A stretch of 64,000 bases of DNA, taken from NCBI GenBank assembly GCA_030390025.1, contig JASTWF010000171.1, forward strand, positions 310,001-374,000. The letters run 5' to 3'. This DNA comes from Squalus acanthias. Taxonomy: Eukaryota. The position numbers were made by a program, and so were the translations under genes. Each line of letters begins with the position of its first letter. Position 1 is the first letter of the stretch. Of this stretch, positions 35,301-44,682 are shown piece by piece. The notes below the pieces were generated by a model. That model searched no databases. It saw only the letters and a list, made by a program, of their open reading frames with translations, and was not told where the DNA came from.

Positions 35301-35968
35301 TGACTGTCGGTGTCTCGTCACTCACTGAGCGTTCCTTGTTTTACAGTGGGAGGGAAGAGCGGCTACAATCCTACAACCAGTAAGCTGATCATCAAACATC
35401 CTCTGCATCTCTGGAACACTGAATCGTTGCTCATTCTGTGTCTGATACACTGAACAGTTTATTACTCTGTGTCTCCCTCTGTCTGTCTGGCTCTCTGTCT
35501 CTGTCTCTCTCTCTCTCTCTCTGTGACTGTCTNNNNNNNNNNNNNNNNNNNNNNNNNNNNNNNNNNNNNNNNNNNNNNNNNNNNNNNNNNNNNNNNNNNN
35601 NNNNNNNNNNNNNNNNNNNNNNNNNNNNNNNNNNNNNNNNNNNNNNNNNNNNNNNNNNNNNNNNNNNNNNNNNNNNNNNNNNNNNNNNNNNNNNNNNNNN
35701 NNNNNNNNNNNNNNNNNNNNNNNNNNNNNNNNNNNNNNNNNNNNNNNNNNNNNNNNNNNNNNNNNTCTCTGTTTCTGGCTCTGTCTCTCACTCTGTGACT
35801 GGCTCTGTCTCTCTTTTTCTGGCTCTGTCTCCCTCCTTCTGTCTCTCTATTTCTCTCTGTCTCGCTCTCTCTCTCTCTATGACAATGAACAGTTTATTAA
35901 TGCCTGTCCTTCCATTAACAGCTTCTAATCAAGGGGAATCCTCCTGCAGCTCCTCCGCCAATGCCTGA
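17338..35968 (+). CDS. MHC class I heavy chain gene, shark UAA-related with non-classical features; join(17338-17386,28883-29143,30087-30359,30477-30740,34754-34858,35347-35379,35922-35968), 343 aa
   Basis: All introns GT-AG and phase 1; 1032-nt open frame with leader, alpha1, alpha2, alpha3 (C1-set Ig), TM and two cytoplasmic exons. Confidence 0.93.
17387..17808. repeat. 62-bp minisatellite whose unit begins at the exon 1 donor, about 6.5 units
   Basis: GTGAGTAATGGGGTGTGAGAGG... recurs at 17387, 17449, 17511 and onward. Confidence 0.95.
17882..18785 (-). mobile_element. CR1 LINE 3' fragment in MHC intron 1
   Basis: LYSLEYRRLRGNLIEVFK, FYTQRVVEIWN and CR1 tail on the reverse strand. Confidence 0.85.
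25146..25463 (-). mobile_element. HE1-type V-SINE inside the array
   Basis: Reverse strand tRNA head TGGCATAGTGGTTAGC, V-domain TGTGTGGAGTTTGCACATTCTCCCCGTGTCTGCGTGGGTTTCCTCCGG, ATTCTGTG tail. Confidence 0.85.
28259..28576 (-). mobile_element. HE1-type V-SINE, duplicate of 25146-25463
   Basis: Near-identical sequence and flanks, 3113 bp downstream. Confidence 0.85.
28883..29143 (+). CDS. MHC class I exon 2 (alpha1)
   Basis: GSHSLRYF...VGYVDEVQFVMYDSD...PREQWM..EGPESW...RTNQSG; AG/GT borders. Confidence 0.96.
29364..29792 (-). mobile_element. CR1 3' tail plus HE1-type SINE in MHC intron 2
   Basis: (CATAGAAA)n CR1 tail at 29364 and a V-SINE at ~29490-29792. Confidence 0.8.
30087..30359 (+). 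CDS. MHC class I exon 3 (alpha2)
   Basis: IHTYQVMIGCDL...QFGWDGRDLISFD...YLEVECIEWLRKYL; conserved Cys pair. Confidence 0.96.
30477..30740 (+). CDS. MHC class I exon 4 (alpha3, C1-set Ig)
   Basis: LFCVVTGFYP.IEVTLW...LPNHDSTYQ...YSCQVEHSGL. Confidence 0.96.
30769..31326. repeat. 45-bp minisatellite, about 12 units
   Basis: GGGACAGACCCACAGGAGGGAGGGTCAGTGCTGAGCTCCCAGCCC repeated. Confidence 0.95.
31408..34712. repeat. 27-bp minisatellite CCTGGGATATTACGGTCCACGGTGGAT, about 122 units, very homogeneous
   Basis: Direct reading; variants occur in blocks. Confidence 0.97.
34754..34858 (+). CDS. MHC class I exon 5 (connecting peptide and TM)
   Basis: VPKSESMVPAIVGVIGVLGLLIALSIVAVVIYRKK after (CT)nCAG; ends AAG|GTAGGA. 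Confidence 0.92.
35040..35265. repeat. G-rich short-period repeat (GGGGCTCTGGGTGAGG-like)
   Basis: Direct reading. Confidence 0.8.
35347..35379 (+). CDS. MHC class I exon 6 (cytoplasmic, Tyr motif)
   Basis: 33-bp exon VGGKSGYNPTT between TTACAG and GTAAGC. Confidence 0.85.
35922..35968 (+). CDS. MHC class I exon 7 (Ser-rich tail and stop)
   Basis: TSNQGESSCSSSANA* followed by G|GTATGA donor. Confidence 0.8.
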
Positions 35969-36314
35969 GGTATGAAAAGTGTTGATCAATAGTGTGAGCA
36001 GATCCTTCCCTGGCCTTCTAACTGGGCTATTACAGCAGGTGTTTACTGTACAATCTCAAGGGTGGAATCTGAGCACAGTGCCTGCCTCTCCCTGTCTTGT
36101 CCCTAAAGACCGGGCCGTAAATTCAGCACTGAGACGGGCCTTCTGGAGATGGCTGGTCCTGTACGGTCTGAGGCTGGAGATATCTTGTGGGGGAGGGGAG
36201 TGGGGTAAAGGTGTCCAGAAACCTCTCACCCTGGATGTGGCCTCCTGTCAGATAATCGATTTCCTCAGGGGAGTCGAATTTCCCAGTGTTGTTGCTCCCC
36301 CAGGATTCAATATT

Positions 36315-36915
36315 ACTGGTGTTTGTGCGTTGGGTCTGATGGATTTTGCTGGTGTTTGTGGTGTGGGTCTGATGGGTTTTGCTGGTGTTTGGGTGTGGGT
36401 CTGATGGGTTTTGCTGGTGTTTGTGGGGTGGGTCTGATGGGTTTTGATGGTGTTTGGGTGTGGGTTTGATGGTGTTTGGGTGTGGGTCTGATGGGTTTTG
36501 CTGGTGTTTCGGGGTGGGTCTGATGGATTTTGCTGGTGTTTGGGTGTGGGTCTGATGGGTTTTGATGGTGTTTGGGTGTGGGTCTGATGGGTTTTGCTGG
36601 TGTTTGTGGGGTGGGTCTGATGGATTTTGCTGGTGTTTGGGGTGGGGTCTGATGGGTTTTGCTGGTGTTTGTGGGTGGTCTGATGGGTTTTGCTGGTGTT
36701 TGTGGGGTGGGTCTGATGGGTTTTGCTGGTGTTTGGGTGTGGGTCTGATGGGTTTTGCTGGTGTTTGGGGGTGGGTCTGATGGGTTTTGCTGGTGTGTGG
36801 GTCTGATGGTTTTTTTTGGTGTTTGGGTGTGAGTCTGATGGTTTTTTTCTGGTGTTTGTTGGGTGGTCTGATGGGTTTTGATGGTGTTTGTTGGAGTGAG
36901 GCGTCTGCTGGTTTT
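36315..36915. repeat. ~31-33-bp GT-rich minisatellite (GGGTCTGATGGGTTTTGCTGGTGTTTGGGTGT); degenerate units resume at 37390-37500
   Basis: Direct reading. Confidence 0.9.
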
Positions 36916-36929
36916 TAAAATTATTTTTT

Positions 36930-37390
36930 ATGGGATGTGTGCGTCGCTCTCAAGGCCAGCATTTATTGCCCATCCCTAATTGCCCTTGAGAAGGTGGTGG
37001 TGAGCCTCCTACTTGAACCGCTGCAGTCCGCGTGGTGAAGGTACTCCCACAGTGCTGTTAGGTAGGGAGTTCCAGGATTTTGACCCAGCGACGATGAATG
37101 ACTGGCGTGTGACGTGGAGGGGAACTTGGAGGTGGTGGTGTTCCCATGCACCTGCTGCCCTTGTCCTTCTAGGTGGAAGAGGTCGCGGGTTTGGGTGGTG
37201 CTGCCGAAGAAGCCTTGGTGAGTTGCTGCAGTGCATCTTGTAGATGGTACACACTGCAGCCACGGTACGCCGGTGGTGGAGGGAGTGAATGTTTAAGGTG
37301 GTGGATGGGGTGCCAATCAAGCGGGCTGCTTTGTCCTGGATGGTGTCGAGCTTCTTGAGTGTTGTTGGAGCTGCACTCATCCAGGCAAGT
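36930..37390 (-). mobile_element. CR1/L2-group LINE 3' fragment
   Basis: APTTLKKLDTIQDKAARLI, same family as 10305-11248. Confidence 0.85.
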
Positions 37391-37533
37391 GCTGCTGGTG
37401 TTTGTGGGGTGGAGGGGTCTGCTGGGTTTTGCTGCTGGAGTTTGTCTGAACAGTTTTGCTGCTGGTGTTTGCGGGGGTTTACTGGGTCTGATGGGTTTTC
37501 CTTTCTCTGTAACAATCTAATTCTCTTCCCCAG

Positions 37534-37975
37534 TGGCCTCCGTGTCCCGGCTCAGCAGCAGGAGTTGATGAGAGGTCGGGAAGGTTGTGATTTCATCGAG
37601 GTGACGGCGAGTGACTGAAGGCGGCTCCACATCTGTGACTCTGTAATTTAAATTGTGGCAATTGCAGATTATTAAATGTCTGGGATTTCTCTCTTTGAGC
37701 CGGATGATTTGAGCTTTGCTCTGCTCTGTTTACTCTGCACATACTCCAGGATTCTGATTTACTCAGTGCCGATTCATTCACTGCGAGGGGAGTGTGTAGA
37801 GCGGGGGTCTGCTCCCTCAGAGTCTCCGGGTGGGGGTATTGGGGGGGTTATCGTCGGGGGGAGGTCAGGGAACCTGTGCATGAGGTTTTTTTTGGGTGGG
37901 GACGGGGGGCTTGTGCTTTGCAAACGGGAATCTGTTCCTGCTGATGGTCTTTCCTGTAATGTCTTCAATAAAGGA
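37534..37975 (+). other. Probable non-coding last exon (3' UTR) of the MHC class I gene
   Basis: Acceptor CTAATTCTCTTCCCCAG at 37533; ATTAAA ~37671 and AATAAA ~37967. Confidence 0.45.
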
Positions 37976-39030
37976 GGTCCATACTCCACTTACTGTCTCT
38001 GTCTGCACACTCCTCAGTTCAAAACTAATGAACCTGTATTGGGGAAAATTGAGTGTTTTAAGGATGAAATTACCAGGTATCCAGGGGAAGAGGAAATAAT
38101 AACAGTAAATAAGTTGCAAGCACAGATTTCAAAAGGGAAGATCGTGCTTGCCAAAGCTCACAGCATTCTTTGGGGAGGTGACAGACATGGTGATGGGGAA
38201 ATGCAGTGAATGTGGGGCACATGGACTTTAGGAAAGCCTTTGACAAGGTGCCACACGGGGGGTTATTGGAGAAGATTAAATGAGTACTTTGCATCTGTCT
38301 TCACAAAAGAAGGCTTTAGCCGGACCGCAATGTCCTTGTACCATGCCAGCCCGGCATTTCAGATTAGGACCTAGAATGCAGGAAGCTGACCACAATTAAC
38401 CTTCAAGACCCTGTCCAGCTCCACCTCCCCAAGCAGTGGTTCCTGCCTTTGATGGCCCACCACAGATCTGGGTGGGTGTGTCATTTCCAGTACTTCCATG
38501 TGGAAGTGAATCAGTCTGGGTACTTGGTTGAGGGGAGGCACATATAAACTAAATGGGACCATTTTAAAGGAGGCGCAGGAACAGAGAGACCTGGGGGTGT
38601 ATCTGCACAAATCGCTGAAGGTGGCAGGACAATTTGAGAAGGCTGCTTAAAAAAGCCTAAGGGCTCCTGGGTTTTACAGAGTCAGCCACAGCTCAGTGGG
38701 CACCCTTGCCCCTCAGTCAGAAGGCAGTGGGTTCAAGTCCCACTCTAGCACTAAAATCTAGGCTGACACTCCAGTGAGAAGGTGAGCCAGTGTTCAAAGA
38801 GTGTTCCAGCTTGTATTTAATAACTGAGATGTGAGAAAACTGATTGTGTAATTCTATACAGATTTCACAGTGGGAACAGAGTCTGGATCACAGGAACAGG
38901 CCTTTCAGCCCAACTGGTCTATGTCGGCATTTGTACTCCACACGAGCCTCCTCCCACCACTCTTCATCTAACCCTATCAGCATATCCTTCTATTCCTTTC
39001 TCCCTCGTGCTCATCGAGCCAGCCCTTAAC

Positions 39031-40312
39031 TGTCAGCTGTGGCTCAGTTGGTAGCACCCTCGCCGCTGAGTCAGAAGGTTGTGGGTTTAAGTCCCGCTCC
39101 AGGGACTTGAGCACAAAAATCGAGACTGACACTCCAGTGCAGTGCTGAGGGAGTGCTGCACTGTCGGAGGTGCCGTCCTTCGGATGAGACGTTAAACTGA
39201 GTCTACTCTCTCAGGTGGACGTAAAAGATCCCATGGCACTATGTCGAAGAAGAGCAGGGGAGTTATCCCCGGTGTCCTGGCCAATATTTATCCCTCAATC
39301 AACATCACTAAAAAACACAAATGATCTGGCCATTATCACATTGCTGTTTGTGGGAGCTTGCTGTGCATATATTGGCTGCCACGTTTCCTCACATTATAAC
39401 AGCAACCACACTTCAAAAGTACTTAAATAACAACAGAAAATGCTGGAAGCACTCAGCAGGCCAGGCAGCATCCGTGGAGACAGAAACAGAGTTAACGTTT
39501 CAGGTCTGGGATCCTTCATCAGAACTGGAAAAGGCTGGAGATGTAACCGGTTTTAAGCAGGGGCAGAGGCAGGGAAAGGGGGAGGGGTGGGGAGGAAGGA
39601 ACATTCTGTGCGAGGGTAGGAGGCAGGAGAGATTCAATGTTGCAAATAGGGATGGCAGAATTATACAGCCTGAAAAATGGGGGCAGGGGTTATAGTCTGA
39701 AATTGTTAAACTCAATGTTGAGTCCAGAAGGCTGTAAAGTGCCGAATCGAAAGATGAGATCCTGTTCCTCGAGCTTACGTTGAGCTTCATTGGAACAGTG
39801 TAAGAGGCTGAGGACAGAGAGATCAGAGTGGGAGTGAAGCGGAGAATTAAAGTGACAGGCGACCGGAAGCTCGGGGTCACCCTTACAGACTGAACGGAGG
39901 TGTTCCGCAAAGCGGTCACCCAATCTGCGTTTGGTCTCCACAGTGTAGAGGAGATGGCATCGTGAGCAGCGAACACAGTATACTAAATTGCAAGAAGTAC
40001 AAGTAAATCGCTGTTTCACCTGGAAGGAGTGTTTGGGGCCCTGGACAGTGGGAAGGGAGGAGGTAAAAGGGCAGGTGTTGCATCTCCTGCGCTTGCACGG
40101 GAAGGTGCCGGGAGAAGGGGAAGGGCTGTTGGGAGTGATTGAGGAGTGAACCAGAGTGTCGCGGAGGGAGCGATCCCTTCGGAATGCTGATTGCGGAGGT
40201 GAGGGGAAGATGCGTTTGGTGGGGGGGATCATGTTGGAGGAGTACTTATTTGGCTGTAAAGCGCTTTGGGATGTCCTGCGGTCGTGAAAGGCGCAGTATT
40301 GCAAGTCTTTTT
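39031..40312 (+). mobile_element. DeuSINE (SacSINE1-like), interrupted by a Penelope fragment
   Basis: tRNA-like head and Deu-domain-like GGAGGTGCCGTCCTTCGGATGAGACG...AAAGATCCCATGGCACT; tail resumes at 40249. Confidence 0.75.
39426..40240 (-). mobile_element. Penelope-like element 3' fragment with GIY-YIG endonuclease
   Basis: FTCTSCNLVYCVRCSRC.LLY.VETKRRLGDRFAEH...GLN; flanked by duplicated AGTACTTA (39418-39425, 40241-40248). Confidence 0.9.
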
Positions 40313-40742
40313 TTAATAAATAGAGGCAAGGACGTTATGCTAAACGTTTATAAAACACTGGTTAGGACACAGCTGGAGTATATTGTCTAATTCTGGGCAC
40401 CACACTCGTGGAAGGATGTCAAGGCCTTGGAGAGGGTGCAGAGGAGATTTACTGGAATAGTACCAGGGATGAGGGACTTCAGTAACGTGGAGAGATCGGA
40501 GAAGATGAATCACCTGCAATGGCTTCTCTTCCTGCTCCCGCACCATTACCTCTGGAGTGCCCTAAGCATCTATCCTTCGCCCCCTCCTATTTCTCACCTA
40601 CCTCTTTGATAAAGCTTTTGGTTATCTTTCCTAATATCTCCTTATGTAGCTCGCTGTCAAATTTTGTTTGATAACGCTCCTGTGAAGCACCTTCCCATCT
40701 CCACCCCAATTACTTTCTCCACCGAGATCAACACTGTTTATA

Positions 40743-41337
40743 GTCAGTCCGTAAGGGTGACCCCGAGCTTCTGGTCGCCTATCAGTTTAATTCTCCGCTC
40801 CACTCCCACTCAGACCTCACCCTCTTACACTGTTCCAAGGAAGCTCAACGTAAGCTCGAGGAACAGCATCTCATCTTTCGATTAGGCACTTTACAGCCAT
40901 CTGGACTCAACATAAAGTTCAACAATTTCAGACCATAACCTCGGCCCATATTCCTTTTTTTTCTCCATTCATTTCATTTATTATATATATTTTTTTCTCT
41001 CTCCCACATGGCAGCTGTCTTTCATTCTGTGCCAATAACCCTTCATCTAGAGCCATCTTTTGTTTCTTAACTTGTCCCATTACCATCTCCCATTGCCTTG
41101 AATATCTCTTGATGTCTCTTAATCTCTCCTGCCTTCCACCCTATCACAGACCTTCCTTTTTGTCCTTTCCTCCCCTCCCCCCTCTCCCTGCCCCGACACC
41201 TGCTTAAAAACCTGTTCCATCTCCAGCTTTTTCCAGTTCTGACGAAGGGTCATCGACCTGAAACGTTAACTCTGTTTCTCTCTCTCCACAGATGCTGCCT
41301 GACCTGCTGAGTATTTCCAGCATTTTCTGTTTTTATT
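40743..41337 (+). mobile_element. Penelope-like element 3' fragment
   Basis: Homologous to 39426-39900 in the opposite orientation. Confidence 0.8.
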
Positions 41338-41344
41338 TACTGTT

Positions 41345-43483
41345 TATAGTCTGTTGTTCAAGGTGTGGCTGGTGGAGGAATCCTCTGAATTGAAAATCCC
41401 AATAGTGGAAGCTCTCGGCTCCTGCTCCTTGCCCATCTCCTGTTGCCCAAGGACACTCTGGAGGAAGAGCTGCCCAGGTTAGTGTCAGGCATCCTGTCAC
41501 TACAAGAAATAACCAGGGCATGTTTCCATCAGAGTGTCTGTGCTGGGTACTGGATGTTGCCACAGAGATGAGGTATCTAGGACTAAAAACACAGATGGAC
41601 AATCTGCTTAAAAGTCTCCACTAGTAGATTAGTGTTTTGGTGGGGTCGAACATGCTGTGGAGAAACGCAATAAGATCCTTTGCTGTTTCAGAGTTCTGGT
41701 CCCAGTTTACGCAGACTCATTAGTTGAATTTCTCCGAGCCCAGTTAGAGAACGCTGACCAGTAAATGAGAGTACGAACACTCAGTCTACTGAGGCACCTC
41801 ATCATATCGGTCTCCTCACACTGAGAGGAAGGCGGCTCAGATTGTGGCCACCATAAAACCAGTGCTCCTGGACAAGAGCAGCAATCAGGAGAAGAAGCTA
41901 ATTGCCTGTGTAATATATGCCATTGCCCAGCAAGTTTACCTTGAGCCAGAGGGAGGAAAGGCAATGGTGGAATTCATCATCCAACAGGGTGCTGCATCTG
42001 TTGATTCAGCGACCCTGGTACCACCCAATCATCAGCCAGACCGGGTAATAGATGGAGAATTAATTACAGTATGAAACGGGGATGTGCGCGTGCAACGGGA
42101 TGTGTGTGATCACAACTGCAGTGAAGCTGGAGGATGTCCTTTACCATTCTTATTGGAGTTTGTCACTATGACCCTGTACACCAAGGCTTTAACAGCAATC
42201 TGTAATTGCTCAGCACATCTTGGGAAAAAGAAACTGCCAGCCGGCAGTGAAAGGTTTTCCCTTGCTCACAATGAAGATGCCAATCTCCCTAAAGGCCAGG
42301 CACTGCTGACCCGGCTCCTCATCGTCTCTCGTTGCCCAGATCAGGGAGGAAGCCGAGGAGCTGCGGCACTGAGACTGATGCAAGTCCGAAGTCTCACTCT
42401 CCACCCAGCAACAGTGAGGGGGGTGGGAAGAGGAGCTCCCATTATTGGTTGACCAATTACTGGAGAATTCAGGGGAGTCTCTGGCCCAATGGGAACGGGA
42501 GGAGAAATTATTGCTGGTCTTGTCCGGAACTCTGGATACCATTGATGACGAGCAATGGACATGCCAGCTCGCTGATGAAATATGGAAACAGATCGACACC
42601 AACCATCTTTCCCCACAGGAGAAGGGCTTTCTCTATAAATCTCTTAGTGCGGGTCTGACTGTACCAAGAACTTAAAGGAGGAGCTTCACCAAATAGTACT
42701 GAGCGTGCAGCAGTGAGTGCAGAGAGAGGGAGCAGCCCTCGCCATTGGTTTCTGTGCCATGACACACGTTGATGATACCCTTGGTAGCCTGGAGGAGTCC
42801 GTTAACTCCAATAGATTTAAGAAAACTAAAAGTTTCTTCAATATTTTTAGGGTCAGAAACGGGGAGCTGCGGACATACATGCAGGACTTTATTGAAGCCA
42901 AGCCACCAGAGCTGCTGCAGAGCCCTGTTCGACAGTTAGCCATGGACGCCTGCACGCATCTCGTACAACTACACACTGAATCAAACCAAGCTGATACCTG
43001 CCAATTGATCCAAACCTGCCTAACCAGTACTTTCAGCCTTGGTACCTTCAGAACTGGTCAATGACAAAGACACAAATGGTAACACAAAAGAGACGGCAAC
43101 ACTTTACAACCAAACCATGAGTTCCCTGCAAAAACTTCTGAAGGAAATATTATTTCAGGATCTGTCGCCTCAAGGATTTGAGGCCATTTTCAATCAGTTA
43201 TAAGAGTGGATCATTTCAACAAAAGCTCATGGAAGAGAGCGAGCCATGGGCATGACCTTTGAGCTTCTCCAAGTAAAGTTTCAGAAGCTCGATGTTAGCA
43301 ATGTAGTGCCTGGAAATAATACGGGGACACTGACTGGATGACTGACTCCGATCTGTGCAGACCCATCGCTTCCTGTTCGACAGATGGCCCTCGACACTTT
43401 GTACATCATCCTGTCCATTCAGTTATCGTATGAAGGCAGCAGTCTGGATCAACAAAAGGAGCAGTTCATAGGGGGGAGAGAGG
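41345..43483 (+). pseudogene. MROH1: Intronless, disrupted maestro HEAT-like repeat (MROH1-like) pseudogene
   Basis: Collinear motifs recognised from MROH1: NKILCCFRVL..LVEFL, RVRTLSLLRHLI, YLEPEGGKAMVEFIIQQ, PFLLEFVT, RGAAALRL, EKGFLYK, REGAALAIGFCA. Multiple stops and frameshifts; runs into the N gap. Confidence 0.8.
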
Positions 43484-44367
43484 NNNNNNNNNNNNNNNNN
43501 NNNNNNNNNNNNNNNNNNNNNNNNNNNNNNNNNNNNNNNNNNNNNNNNNNNNNNNNNNNNNNNNNNNNNNNNNNNNNNNNNNNNNNNNNNNNNNNNNNNN
43601 NNNNNNNNNNNNNNNNNNNNNNNNNNNNNNNNNNNNNNNNNNNNNNNNNNNNNNNNNNNNNNNNNNNNNNNNNNNNNNNNNNNNNNNNNNNNNNNNNNNN
43701 NNNNNNNNNNNNNNNNNNNNNNNNNNNNNNNNNNNNNNNNNNNNNNNNNNNNNNNNNNNNNNNNNNNNNNNNNNNNNNNNNNNNNNNNNNNNNNNNNNNN
43801 NNNNNNNNNNNNNNNNNNNNNNNNNNNNNNNNNNNNNNNNNNNNNNNNNNNNNNNNNNNNNNNNNNNNNNNNNNNNNNNNNNNNNNNNNNNNNNNNNNNN
43901 NNNNNNNNNNNNNNNNNNNNNNNNNNNNNNNNNNNNNNNNNNNNNNNNNNNNNNNNNNNNNNNNNNNNNNNNNNNNNNNNNNNCCGAGCAGGTAACTCCC
44001 CTCACCCGAGCAGGTAACTCCTCTCACCCGAGCAGGTAACTCCACTCACCCGAGCGGGTAACTCCTCTCACCCGAGCAGGTAACTCCTCTCACCCGAGTG
44101 GGTAACTCTACTCACCCAAGCAGGTAACTCCACTCACCCGAGCAGGTAACTCCACTCACCCGAGCAAGTAACTCCTCTCACCCGAGCAGGTAACTCCTCT
44201 CACACAAGCAGGTAACTCCTCTCACCCGAGCAGGTAACGCCTCTCACCTGAGCGGGTAACTCCTCTCACCCGAGCAGGTAACTCCACTCACCCGAAACTC
44301 CACTCACCCGAAACTCCACTCACCCGAGCGGGTAACTCCAATCACCTGAGCAGGTAACTCCACTAAC

Positions 44368-44682
44368 CTGAGCAGGTAACTCCAGCGTCCTTGCTGTGTG
44401 TGCAGTTATTGACACCCGATGGGTTGGCAGTGCACTGATCGAGGGCAGGTTCTGTCCCAAGACACCTCACATCATCCAACCAGATGTTCCCAGTCCCCTC
44501 TCCATAGTAGGCGCCTCTTGTTTCTGACAGGGCCGTCCCACAGTTCAACAGTCTGCAGACCACACTCGCTGCATTTAAGTCCCAGCCATCGTCACAGATG
44601 GTCCCCCAGATGGATGATCGAAAGACCTCAACTCTCCCGGTGCACATGTTGGTCCCGTTCACCAGCCGTACGGGCACTGGAC
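44368..44682 (-). CDS. SRCR exon A
   Basis: 315 bp, 8 Cys, TATTCCAG acceptor, GTTAGT donor. Confidence 0.9.

Noticed and set aside
39031-39110. tRNA-like sequences (also ~15620-15700, ~29720-29790, ~38680-38750)
   Set aside because: SINE heads continuous with SINE bodies, not tRNA genes
35533-43983. ORFs spanning the N runs at 35533-35764 and 43484-43983
   Set aside because: Assembly gaps
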